Shown here piece after piece: positions 23,700 through 35,872 of a stretch of DNA of 64,000 bases. Under the pieces are notes generated by a model that worked only from the letters and a program-made list of their open reading frames with translations, did not search any database and was not told where the DNA came from. The number at the start of each line of letters is the position of its first letter. Position 1 is the stretch's first letter. A program made the position numbers and the translations under genes. Origin of the DNA: Eukaryota sp. TZLM1-RC (taxonomy: Eukaryota > Protista > Metamonada: BaSk clade); assembly GCA_040285825.1 (NCBI GenBank), contig JAUPSS010000004.1, forward strand, positions 434,001-498,000. Reading direction: 5' to 3'.

Positions 23700-24617
23700 C
23701 TATAATGAACTCAAATCCATGATGTGTGTAGCTCCGCTGTTTCAAATCAAGATCTTCACTCATTGTTATGGGAAAAGGGTATTTGTGAAAACCATTCATC
23801 AGAATTTTCACTTTTTGTAACCATTGTACCACAAAGAGTTGGACTCTGTGGGATGAATGAACCTTTTGTAACAAAAATAGAGATCATATTTGAATATCCC
23901 AATTAATCAATTATTATCAAAAGAATATTGTAATTGTTCAAATTCACCACAGCTCAATTTGTACCATGCTCTGAATCGTTTTAAATTGATAACTTATCGT
24001 TCTTCATTACACGATGCTGTTAGAAAGACTGTTTTCAATATGGCACAAATTGCAAAAATATGGTGTATCAAAGAGCCTCTGCTGAAAGAAACACTTTCTC
24101 TAAATAATTTTGGTTCTGATGATAGAGGTGATGTATATTGTGATTGGACTGATAATTCTGAAGCTATTGTTGACTTTGTCTCATGTAAAGTTGCAATTGA
24201 TACTTTGGTTCACAGAAGAAAACTTAATCCTGTGAGTGCTCTGGATTTTACAGCAAAAGAAAAACATAGAAAATATGATAAAGATATTCAAGAAGCTAAT
24301 GCTGGTAGAAATACACAGCTCGTTTTTATTGCTTTCCCATTTTCGATAATTAGAAGATTATCAGTTGAAGCAGAAACCTTTTTGAATGACTTCCACAAAA
24401 TGGTTCAAGAAAAAACAATGGAAAGATTTGATATTTGTTTATGGCGTTCTCGAATTCAATTTGCCATTATTGATAGATTACCTCGGTTTTTCAATCGAAT
24501 GAGAGGTGCTTTCGCTAGACAGCAAGTAGATCAAGATTTTGTAGAGGACAACTTGTTTCAATGATATTCGTCTCTTTAGTTATGAATTGATTTAATCAAG
24601 TGTGCTTGTTCAATAAA
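23700..24617 (+). mobile_element. Non-LTR family A 3' fragment (zinc knuckle + RLE)
   Basis: HDAVR, DDRGDVYCDW..AIVDFVSC, KEKHRKY; ends at AATAAA. Confidence 0.9.
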
Positions 24618-25238
24618 CGTGACAACTTAGTTGTCTCATTTCCAAAATTCCAAATCTTTACGTTCTAATGTCAAATGACCATCAGTGCACAACTGCCCTA
24701 AGAATGTGGTGTGTTTCTTGGTCGTATAGTGTGCCAAATGATGTGATTTGTCGTTGTGGTCAGCTTATCAATCTGAATCATTAATTTGATTGCAAATTTA
24801 ATATTACATATGGATGCAGTTGAAGATGTAGAGACATACTATATGCTATGTACAAAAGTCACCACAATCAAATTTTTGTTGAACCTCCTGTGCGTAAGTT
24901 GTCACCTGATTTTTCCTGTGTGATCATTCGAAATAATAGGAATTATTCGAGAATAGCATATCAAGGGAAATGTGGTCAAAATGACTCCAACGTGGTGTGA
25001 TCTATTATTACTGAGCCACACGGTGAACCTTCCCAATGTTCAGATAAAGATATGTTTGAAATCCGGAGTGACCATAGAAACAGCCACTATTCAAAACTCA
25101 ACCAAATAAATTAACCAATACTGTTACCTACTACACACTTCTACCATCTGAATGATGTGGAAATTTGGTCATTGACTGGTGCACTGATTCATTAAAAAGT
25201 TGAATTTGAATTACCCAAAAAAAGGACTTATTCCTTGA

Positions 25239-26484
25239 ATGCAGGTTCTTATCCTTTATGGACTTCTTGCTACTCTTACTTCATTTCTCTGCTCCCTTTT
25301 GGAAGCCTCCTTTTTATCAGTTCCTCCAGTTTACATCGAGGGTCTCCGTAATGGCGATTCCAAAAAACCAAAACACAAAGTCTTAGGCGAAAAGGCCCAC
25401 CGCATGCAGGAAAGACAAAACCGCTCTCTTGCAGCCATCCTCACCTGCAACACCATTGCGAACACTATTGGTGCTACTGGCTTTGGTGCGGAAGTGGAAA
25501 ATAATTGGCCAGGTGCCCGTATCTACAACATTCCTGTTTCCATCATTGCCGCGACCATATTCACTCTCACGGTCCTTTTCTTTGCGGAAATCCTTCCTAA
25601 AACCATTGGTGCTCTTTATCACAAGGCTCTTCTCTCCTTGACAGTCAAATGTATAGCCCTTATGACCTTCCTCGTCTTTCCTTTAGTATGGCTTTGCGAA
25701 AGTGTCAATAAATTATTCAAAATCCCAGTCGCCAGTGCTGTCAGTAGAGATGAGATTTTTACTATGGTTAAGCGATGCTCTGATGGTGGTGATATTTCTC
25801 AAAAAGAAGTGGGTATTATTAAACATTTATTCCTACTTCGCACTACTAAAGTTTCAGACATCTGCACTCCCCGTACTGGTATGATTCTCTCCTCTCCTCA
25901 CCATAGTCATTACTGGTTTTCCTGCCCATTTTACCGTTCGTCAAGCTCTAGACACGAAGGCATTTGTTCAATTTTCCAGAGTTCCAGTTTTTAGGTCATT
26001 TCCTGACGACTGTGTGGGGTATGTCGTCTCATCAGCATTGTTGAACAAGGCAGCAGTGGGAGAGTATGATACCTCAGTGGTATCGTTGACTAGGGAATTG
26101 TTGCCTATTTCGGAACACTTGTCGGTTGCGGAAGCTACTGATCAGTTTTTAACCTCTAAACAACACATGATGAGGGTCATTGGTGATTTTGGTGAAACTG
26201 CTGGTTTACTCACTTTTGAAGACTGTCTGGAAACTTTATTAGGAGTGGAGGTGGTGGACGAAATGGACATTGTTGTCGATCTTAGAGACTACGCCAAGAA
26301 ACTAGCAAGAGACAGAAGCATACGATTGAAAAAATCTACAATTACAGTGCCCGAAGAGCCGGCGCCAGTATCTGAGACTTTGATGTCTCATGCTGAAAGT
26401 AGGCGTAATTCAACTGTAAATGGTGATGTCAATGTAATTTTTGAAAGGGATGGTAATAGTGGATCGGAAAGTAGGTCGGCTTAG
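25239..26484 (+). CDS. CNNM/CorC-family (DUF21 + CBS pair) metal transporter; exons 25239-25878 and 25907-26484, 405 aa
   Basis: SFLCSLLEASFLS, LAAILTCNTIAN, FAEILPKTIGA; splicing restores TPRTVI..FSRVPVF..DCVGYV; GLLTFEDCLETLLGVEVVDE. Confidence 0.92.
25879..25906 (+). other. 28-nt spliceosomal intron
   Basis: GTATGA..CTCACCATAG; removal joins the two ORFs in frame and restores conserved CBS motifs. Confidence 0.88.
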
Positions 26485-26599
26485 GTCGGATTTTGTTTTA
26501 GGATGTTTGTGGATTTTATTATTTTTTATTTTATTAATTGTGTATTTTTTTAACTTTCTGTGATTTCATTTAAAACAAAATATAAATTGAATTTTTTAG

Positions 26600-26960
26600 C
26601 TTGTGTTTTTGAATTGTTTTAATATAACGTGATATTGTAATGTGCAAACCTCAGAGCTTTCAAAATCATTTTAGGAATTGTTGTGAAAATAATAGAAATA
26701 ATAGGATTCAACCACAAACTGCGATCAAAACGCTTATTCATTCTTCTTTTTACAAGATTTTCAAAATCATCAATAAAATTCATGGCAGTTTTTCCAAGAC
26801 AACCATACAACTATATAGCAAATGGGCAAATTTGGTAATCTACATGGCAAACTTGTTTCAATTCTTTCAAAGGATTTACATATTTCTTCCGTTTGTGCAA
26901 TTCTGAATCGTCAAGAGGGGATACTTTGGATTCTGGCATTTTTCAAGGCATTTTTTTGAA
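26600..26960 (-). mobile_element. Non-LTR RLE 3' remnant, family D
   Basis: YGCLGKTAMNFIDDFENLVKRRMNKRFDR; homologous to 32770-33100. Confidence 0.8.
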
Positions 26961-27049
26961 AGTGAAAACAACCAAAAAATTCAACAATTAAATCAATTGA
27001 TTATGGATCAAAAACACAAATTAGTTGAGTTAAATAATAAAAAAATGGT

Positions 27050-29940
27050 TTACTTGGCAGAGTTGATGAATTACACCAAGAAAATTGTCAACGTCAAGCC
27101 AAAAATGATTTATTTCAAGGTATTTTCCTAAATTCCAATTATGGAATATCAGTAGAAGGGTTCAAAAATGGTATTAATGGTGAAGAAAGTTTTGTTGTTC
27201 TACTCAAACAAAATTTAAATGCAGCTCATGTTGCAGCCATTGCTGCTTGTCTTGGAGAAAATCAGCATTGAAAAATACTTAATCTTGCAAGTAAACTCAA
27301 TTTATTGAATTTGCACACTTGATTAAATTAAATCATAACTAATGGGACGACTATCATTAAACCAAGATTTCCTCTACAAAATCTTGATTTGCTTGCTGTC
27401 TAGCTAAAGCTTCTCTAATTCGATTGAAAAACCGCGGTAATATATTAGTAATGGCAAATTGAATCCGTGAACGCCACAAAAAAATATCAAATCTTTTCAT
27501 TGTTTTTTCTTTCACCATTTTTTGGAAGTCATCCATAAAAGTTTCTGCTTCAACTGATAATCTTCCATTTATCGAAAATGGGAAAGCAATAAAAACCAGC
27601 TGTGTATTTCTATCGACATTTGCATCTTCAATTTCTTTATCATATTTTCTATGTTTTTCTTTTGCTTTAAAATCCAGAGCAGCCACAGGATTAAGTTTTC
27701 TTCTGTGAACCAAAGTATCGTTTGCAACATTACATGAGACAAAGTCAACAATAGCTTCAGAATTATCAATCCAATCACAGTATACATCACCTCTATCATC
27801 AGAACCAAAATTATTCAGAGAAAGTGTTTCTTTCAACAGGGGCTCTTTGATACACGATATCCTTGCAGTTTGTGCCATATTGAAAACAGTGTCTCTAACA
27901 GCATCATGTAATGAAGAACGATAAGTTATCAATTTAGAGCAATTTAGAGCATGGCGCAAAGTGAGTTGAGGTGAATTCGAACAAATACATTTTTCTTTTG
28001 ATAATAATTGGTTAATGGGGATGTTCAAATATAATCTCATTTTTGTTACAAATGCTTCATTAGTGGCACACAATCCAAATCTTCGTGGTACAATGGTTAC
28101 AAAAAGTGAAGAATCTGACGTCTTGTTTTCACAAACACCCTTTTCCAGTAACAATGAGTGAAGATCTTGATTTAAAACAGCCGAGCTGCAAATATTATTA
28201 TAAAGATCTTTTTCATACATTCCAGTCAATCTTTTCTGTAATGTTCGAAGAGTGTACTTCAAATTTAAAACATTTTTTTCTGGAATATTGCCATTGAATG
28301 ATTGGGGAAAACATCGACCCCATTTTTCTACATCAATTCTTGAAATTTCTTGATTTAATGCAAAAACAGTGGAACTTTGCGTTGTCATCAATAAATCTTC
28401 CCAATCTGCAAATCTTTCGGAAAACTCAAAGATTGCATTTCTGCATCCACCAACAAAAGCACACGAGGTAAGAATAGAAGCCTTCGTCCACCCTAAACCA
28501 CCATAATGTGGACTAAGGAAGCATGATCTGGAATTTAAAACATTTTACATCCCAGTAATTGAGACAGAACTTTCGCACGTAACTCATTAAACTTTTGAGC
28601 CAAAGGTCTAGTGACGAGAGGATTTGTAGATCGAAATATATGATTAAAATTGGAACTAAAACACAGTCTTATAATGGTAAATTTGATGTGTTTTTTTATA
28701 TCTAAATTCATCATTCGGTCAATTTTGTCAGAAATTGAGTTCAACTTTTCAAACAATTTTTTGGTAATTTCATCATTATTTCCTAAAAACGAACCCAAAT
28801 GACGAATAGCATCAATTGAATATAATTTGGCTTGAATTTCAATATCATCAATTATTGTGGAAACTGGAGAATTCGATAACAAAACACATTTAAGTAAATT
28901 AAGTCGGAGACCAATTTTGGTGAATAATTCTTTAAAACATACAGTTGCTTTTTTCACAATATTTAAATCACCAATAGGCACAACATCATCCATATATGCA
29001 ATCATTTTTAGTTAAGGAAACACCTCTTGAATTTGCAGTAGAATAGGATGGATGGCCAAACAAAACAAAAGAGGTCCTAACGGATCTCCTTGCTTTACGC
29101 CACTTGATGAACTCAAAATGTTGTTACCAAAATGTAAATTAGAATATGTGCAATAAGTTGATTGAAAATATGGTATTAATTCCGGCATATATTGCAATAG
29201 AGCACCATGGATACTGCGACGACTTAGTGAATTGAAAGCATTACTAAAATCCAATGACATGCAAACATTGAATTCATTTTGACGAAATAAGACATCATTA
29301 GCAAAAATCGCTGAAGAGACTCCATCTGTAGTATTTATACCATATTGAAAGGGTAATAAAATCTTTTTAGCTGTTTCATTGAACCTGCTTAAGCAACACG
29401 CAGAAAAAATATTGTGTAAGCTCTCAGAGACTGCAATAGGACGAACATCCATTTTTGAATTTTTGACAAGTGCAGTCAAACGAGAACTTCTCAATTCTTC
29501 TGGGTATTTGCGTTGACCAGATAATATTTGGTTGAAAAATTTAGTCAATAAACCAAGGCAATCTTCTGAAGAAATAATCGCGGCTTTTACATGATCAATA
29601 GTAATACCAGAAAGTCCGGCAGACTTACCACGAGGTAAGTAACAATATCAATAACACGGGTGCGATCGCACTCGCTGAATCATTAGAAGTTAATTCAAAA
29701 ATGGAAGATCTTTGGCCTGGATAAAACCACATCACCCATATTGGTTGTAAAGCTTTGGCTGATGCTTTGGTAGTTAATTTTACATTAAAAAAATTTTGGC
29801 TGGATCAGAACCCTATTGGTGACCAAGTTATTCAATACCTTGCTGAAGCTTTGAAGTTTAATAATTCATTGGACACTCTGTGGTTAGACCAAACTAATTG
29901 CACCCCAATAGGAGTTTTTGCTCTAACTCAAGCTTAAAGG
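27050..29940 (+). pseudogene. RNI-like LRR gene disrupted by a non-LTR insertion (pieces ~27050-27294 and 29637-29940)
   Basis: Removing the insert rejoins ILNLASN-NINNTGAIALAESLEVN; later repeats LDQNPIGDQVIQYLAEALKFNNSLDTLWL. Confidence 0.8.
27295..29636 (-). mobile_element. 5'-truncated non-LTR family A element (RT + zinc knuckle + RLE) with target-site duplication
   Basis: GVKQGDPLGPLLF, AYMDDV, HYGGLG, RGDV..IVD; TSD AAGTAA at 27289-27294 and 29637-29642; two frameshifts. Confidence 0.93.
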
Positions 29941-30899
29941 TTAATCCAAAACTTGAAATACTTCGTCTGGACGACAACACTATTGTTTTTTAAAAAGAAA
30001 GTATTTTTATATGAATTTTTATTTTCACCGCTGAAACAATAAACAAAAAAACTAGAACTCGAAAAAAGGATTTTTAATGAACTAAAATTCTGTCTAATAT
30101 TCAATATCCTTATAAACCACAACAAAACGCATAATTTACAACAACAAAGACCAAATTAAATCAGTATTCATTTTCCAATCAAATTTATGATAAATTTGCC
30201 TTCGCCCTAGTGATATTGTTTTGTTTCAATTATACTTCAATTCCAGCATGTTGAGAAAGAACTTGAACAAACGCATTCACTCTGCATCAACTATTTTGTT
30301 TGAATTTAAATAAATCCAAAAAAATCTATTATTTTCTAATAAAACATTTGTACAGGTTTACAGCTCCATTAATTGTAATAATATTGTTTTGCAACTATAT
30401 TTGTCCCAAGTTTTTATGTACCCTTAAACCATCACATAAAACAGCAAAACCTTCATCTCTAGTATTGTTGTGAAATAACAAGCAAATAATTTACACAATT
30501 TTCCTTTACATCGAGGAGTAACTATACATTATCATGGTTTTTTTGTTTGAAGGGAACAAATGAGCACCAATTTCCAGTTCCTGAAAAATTTTCATTTATT
30601 TTTCAAACAATTCAAATTAATTCACAGATAATAACTGAACTGATTGAAAAACAAACAATTTTTATTCAAAACTCTTCCAAATCATTGTTCTTATTCTTCG
30701 TTTGATTTGCAAATGTACATATTGAATTAAATTTAGGTGTATTGTTTGTATTTTTTTCATTCTTTATTAATTCATAACAACGACAACTAATCAACAAACT
30801 TCAAATTCTAAATCTCCATACCCCAAGTCAGCAAGGTGATGACTTCGAATTAGTTCAGGATTGCAATTAATTAAGGATGCAAAAATTTTCTGGTTCAAC

Positions 30900-32283
30900 G
30901 AAAACTGGTTCAAAGAGTGGCAAAATCACCTAAAAGATTTGGAGAACTTGTTTTTTAAAATGTGAGTTGTCTTACCCGAGTTACAAATTTAAGATAAAAT
31001 ACTTACTACGTTTCTCTATTGCAAATGAAGAAATTGTATCAAGTTCAGAACCCAATTTAAGGAATAGTTTATTGAACACCTCAGTAATTTTGAAAAAAAT
31101 TTTCCAAGCCAGCAACTAGGAAACGAAAAGCATCTGAGGAATAGTTTACTAAAGGAATTTCAACAGGATCAATAGTTAAACTTATTTACATTTTTCATGA
31201 GGAGACAGTTGTCGGGGTTGAGGAAAAGACCAATATTTCTGTAAAAAAGTAAAGCTTCAAAGCAATCCCATACAAATCATTTAACGGACCAATAATTGAG
31301 ATATCATTCATATATCCTGCTATTTTCAACATTGAATAACGTTTACTGAAATGAAACAAAAACTTGTGAATTGATAAACAGAACAGTAGTGATAAACCAA
31401 GGGAATCACGTTGCTTAACTGCAGAAAATGAGAATAGAGTATAAGATTCATAAATTAGTTTACTGAATTTGCCATAATATAAACAAAAATAGCTGGAATT
31501 CTAGAAATTCTTTTTGGACAACATCATAAACTGCACTTCGATGTACAGAATTGGAAGTATTCTTAAAATCAAAATTATAAAAGTAATTCTGATCATTAAA
31601 ATTAAAAAATAAATCAGAAATCAAAGCAGCGACTAAAGCAATATCAATTGTTTCAGTTGCAACTTGGACAGGTGCTGAAAATTTTGCATCCTTTGAAGCA
31701 ACACTATTGAAAACAATTACAGCATTGAGAGGAGTGATTGAAAAGCCAATGGCAATAGGACGAAATTCTTCTGGTTTCTTACCATTTCTATGTTTCATCA
31801 AGGCAATCAGGCGCGCCGCTAGTGATTTAGACGGAGGAGTGGTTTTAAAGCAAACTTAATTTTGAAGAAATTCTGCAAGATTATCACAAATTTCTGAAAC
31901 CCTTCTACAAGCGGATTTCAAAACACCAAATGAAATACCAAATAGACCTGCCACTTAACCTTTGGGAAGATGGTTGATATCAGTCTGTACTTCAGTTGAA
32001 TTCAAGGGAGCATCAGTCCAAAACTCACAAATTTACAACAGAAATTCTCTACAGGGTGAAGTATTGTCAATTTCCCCACTCTGTGGTCTACCACGTGGCA
32101 AGGTAGGTGGACCAAAAAAATTGATATTTTCTGGACTAATATTGACCACATCAGTCTTCTAAGAGGTAGTTTTAAATGTATAAAGATGGTCTTGTTGGGC
32201 AAAGAGGTTGTTGGAGAGAGAACCAGGTTGGTAAAAGGAAAGTCATTGTGGAGGTTGTTTAACTTCGGTCTCTTTAACCACTG
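30900..32283 (-). mobile_element. Degenerate non-LTR RT region (different family)
   Basis: KPEEFRPIAIG, NFDFKN..NSVHR and decayed later RT motifs. Confidence 0.75.
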
Positions 32284-32289
32284 TTGCAA

Positions 32290-33170
32290 CGTTTTATTGT
32301 TCGACTCAGCACGGCTAAGCAAGAAGACCGTGTTATTGCAAATTTTTTGATTGATTTGAAGGAGAGTTCATCTGTAGTTTTGCTGAACCAAATTCCCCAG
32401 ATTTTAGGTTTGTTTTTAAATGACGACCATTGGACTACTGCAATGAGAATGCACAGTTATTTATGGCCCTGCAAGTTGTTCAATGATCTTTATTGCAAAT
32501 GTGGAGCTGATTTGACATAATCGCAATGATTTAATTATAATAGATTAATTTCTTATCGTTCCACTCTGCATGACGCTGTGAGAAATAAAAGTCATGCAAT
32601 GTGCATTATTCATCATTGGATCATTTGTAGAACCGTTGTTGAGGTCTCTTGATATAAATGAAAATTTAAGAGATTCAAAATATAGAGAACGACGTGCTGA
32701 TGTTGTTATGCCCTCTTTTGATGACTTTTTGAATGTTGATGATGTTTTAGCGGTGGATGTTTGCAAGAAAAATGCCTTGAAAAATGCCACAATCCGAAGT
32801 ATCCCCTCTTGATGATTCAGAATTGTACAAACGGAAGAAATATGCAAATCCTTTGAAAAAATTGAAACAAGTTCGCCATGTGGACTTCCAAAATTTTCAG
32901 ATTTACTATTTCTTTGTATGGACGTCGTGGAAGAACTGTAATGAATTTTATTTATGATTTTGAAAATCTTGGAAAAAGAAGAATGAATAAGCTTTTTGAA
33001 CGCCGTTTGTGGTTAAATCGTATTGTTTTTACTATTTACAAAGCAATTCCTGAGATGATATCGAAATCTCTGATGTCTGTCAGTGCACATTACGAAAACA
33101 TTGCTGTTGTACGGTTTGATGGTATGGAAACTTGTTTTGAAGACTTGATTTTTTAGAATAAATTAATAAT
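32290..33170 (+). mobile_element. Non-LTR RLE 3' remnant, family D
   Basis: CKCGA..HDAVRN, RRADVVMP, LWLNRIVFTI. Confidence 0.85.
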
Positions 33171-33729
33171 TGATATATTCCAAAAAAAATTCAACATCAA
33201 AAGAGGACATAAGGGTTTTAGGTTTTTCTGCTTTTTGAAGCACCTTAGAAACTTGGGCAAGCAGATTGGTGGTTCTTTGTTCAAAACATAGAGGCTTCGG
33301 GGAGGGGTGGGAAGTCGTCGTTCAGGAGAGTGGTGACGTCTACGTTGGTGGTCATATCGTTCACAAGTAATATTTTTTAGGACAACGAACAGGTCAAAAT
33401 GGGTATTAAAGATATTTGTTTACTGTTCTCACTAATCAATGCTCACCAATACAATTCACCACCGACAATAGACTACCTTGCTTTGTGCATAAAGTAAGAG
33501 AAGTAATGGCGAGAAAGCAAGAAGATCAGGATTTTGCAGAGCAAATCTTGGTTGAATCAATTTAGTCCACTTAGATCTGATTGTACTTATTAGAAAAAAT
33601 TTTGTTCATGGAATAAACGAACTTTAAAACACAACCAAAATTTTAACTTGTACTTTCGCCTACAAAATAATTCCACAATTAAAACTTATCCTATTAATTT
33701 ATCAAAACACGAATACAAAATCATCAAAT

Positions 33730-34070
33730 ACACATTTAAAGCTCCACATCCTCAAAACCTGAATCCGCTGCATCGAAACAATTAATAACTAAAGATTCAG
33801 AAAATTTACCAAAAAAAAGAAAGTGGATCAGAAATTAATTTCACCATTCCCTTATAAATAGAAAGTACAATCCTGTTTTGCCAGTAAACACGACTGGAAA
33901 CTCTTCTAGTTCTTTCCTTCACAACAACATTAAAATCCTCAAGGAAAGTCAAAGCAGCCTCACCTAAAGATCTTGAGCCAGGAAAAAGCAAAGGGACTTT
34001 CATTATATTGGGCATGAGAACCTTCATTGACAGAAGAAATAGGTTTCGCGTATTTAGCAATTTAACAACG
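33730..34070 (-). mobile_element. Non-LTR RLE 3' remnant
   Basis: SLGEAALTFLEDF..YWQNRIVLSI. Confidence 0.75.
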
Positions 34071-34179
34071 CAATTAAATGACGGACATCTTCCTCATTCA
34101 CTTGAACAGCAACTCCTTTTTTATTAAGCTCCGTAATGTTATTCACAATGGAGCTAACATAGCGAGGAAGAGCTTTCGA

Positions 34180-35205
34180 TATAGACTACAAGATTTTGCA
34201 CAACAAATTTGGTGTCAATATTTTCCCGACTCAGTTCAAGAGATTGCTCCACGAAATTTAGTTAAATTCAGGTATTGCGTGAATAAGCTTCAAAAATCGA
34301 CAATAATATTTGAAGGCTTGGATTATGAAGTACGTCTTGGCATGGTTAAGCAACAAAATCCCGCTTTTGCAAATTTTTTACTGGATGTTTGCGATAGTTC
34401 TGCTTCTTGTTTAATTAATCAAGTACCAAGAATTTATGGTTTGTTTCTCAATGACCCTTGCTTCTCATTATCTATGCGTCTTCGATCTTTAATTTGTCCT
34501 GATAATCTTACTCATGGATTAGTTTGTAAACATGGAAAGTCTGTCACTCCAACCCATTTAGTTGATTGTAATCAATTTATTACTTTTAGATCAAAAGTGC
34601 ATGATGTAGTTCGTGATCAGCTTTATTGTATTTTTAAATCCTCCTAGATTGAATCTTTTTCTAGAATCTTTGCTTTCAAATTTCGCTGATGAATCTGACA
34701 GAAATTCTTTTGGTGACAGCCGTGGTGATGTGCTAGTTCCCGGACTTGATGGATCAATGATCATTATTGATATCAGATCTACTGATGTATCAAACAGCTC
34801 AAATAAAAAGCTGGCACAATCTTATAACTCACCTTTACGAAGAGCCGAAGAAGCAAAAATTATTAAGTATACAGAAAACATCAAAAATCTGAATTCCAAC
34901 TCACATACTCAATACATTTATTGCCCTTTTGCTTTTTCTTTATTTGGAAGCTTGGGTAAAACTGCGCTATCTTTCTTGGATGATTTCTCATCTATTGTCA
35001 AAAATAGAACTGGAAGAATATTTGACCGAACCTTTTGGCAAAACAGAATTAGTATTTTCTATTTTTAAGGGAATGTATAGGTTTCTAGCTCGTTTTTATC
35101 ACTAGAAAAAATTTATGAAGAAAAAGCTGTAGGTAAGTTTTCTATAGTAGATGTGGAGTATGAGGAGAGTGATTTTTAGTTTTTTTTATAAATTTGTTTG
35201 AATAA
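34180..35205 (+). mobile_element. Non-LTR RLE 3' fragment, family B
   Basis: HDVVRDQLY, SRGDVLVPGLDGSMIIIDI, FWQNRI; ends at AATAAA. Confidence 0.88.
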
Positions 35206-35289
35206 AATATGTATCGAAAAAAAAATCAATAAAGAATTCTTCCAAAGCAGATTTTTTTATTAACATTTGTAGTGCATGAAGGTACTACC

Positions 35290-35748
35290 ATTATAACAGA
35301 TGTGAGATCCACTGATGTATGTAATGATTCTTTTATTCCAATGGCTCAATCAAAATATAACCCTTAACTGTTTCCGAAAAAGCCAAAAATGACAAATACA
35401 AAGCAAAATTGTTATCCTTGAATGCAAAAATCGCATACTCATTATGTCCTTTGTCCATTTGCAGTTTCCCTTCATGGCACGCTTGGACTTCTTGCTTTGT
35501 CTTGTCTGGATAATTTTGTTGAAATTGTGATACAACGTACTGGAAGAGGTTTTGACAAGAGTTTCTGGCAAAGCAGAATTGTTTTCTCAATTTTCAAGGG
35601 TGTTGTTCCCTTATTATCTTAAGCTTTGTTATCTCTTGGACGCGTTTATGAAAGAAAAACCTCCAGTCAATTCTTCTTGGCTGACTTGGGTGAAGACATA
35701 GAATTTTAACCTGGTCGTATAGTTTGTTTTTTTATTGGAATAAATAAA
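35290..35748 (+). mobile_element. Non-LTR RLE 3' remnant (further family)
   Basis: CPFAVSLHGTLG..FWQSRIVFSIFKG; AATAAA end. Confidence 0.8.
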
Positions 35749-35872
35749 AACCTATAAACAAATTTGTAGTTCAATCTTTTGTTTTATATATTTTTCATAT
35801 TTGCCACGTCATCATGACTCACCAACTTTTCAACTTCATTTCCCCAATTTAGCGTTAGTTTCCACTCTCTAC

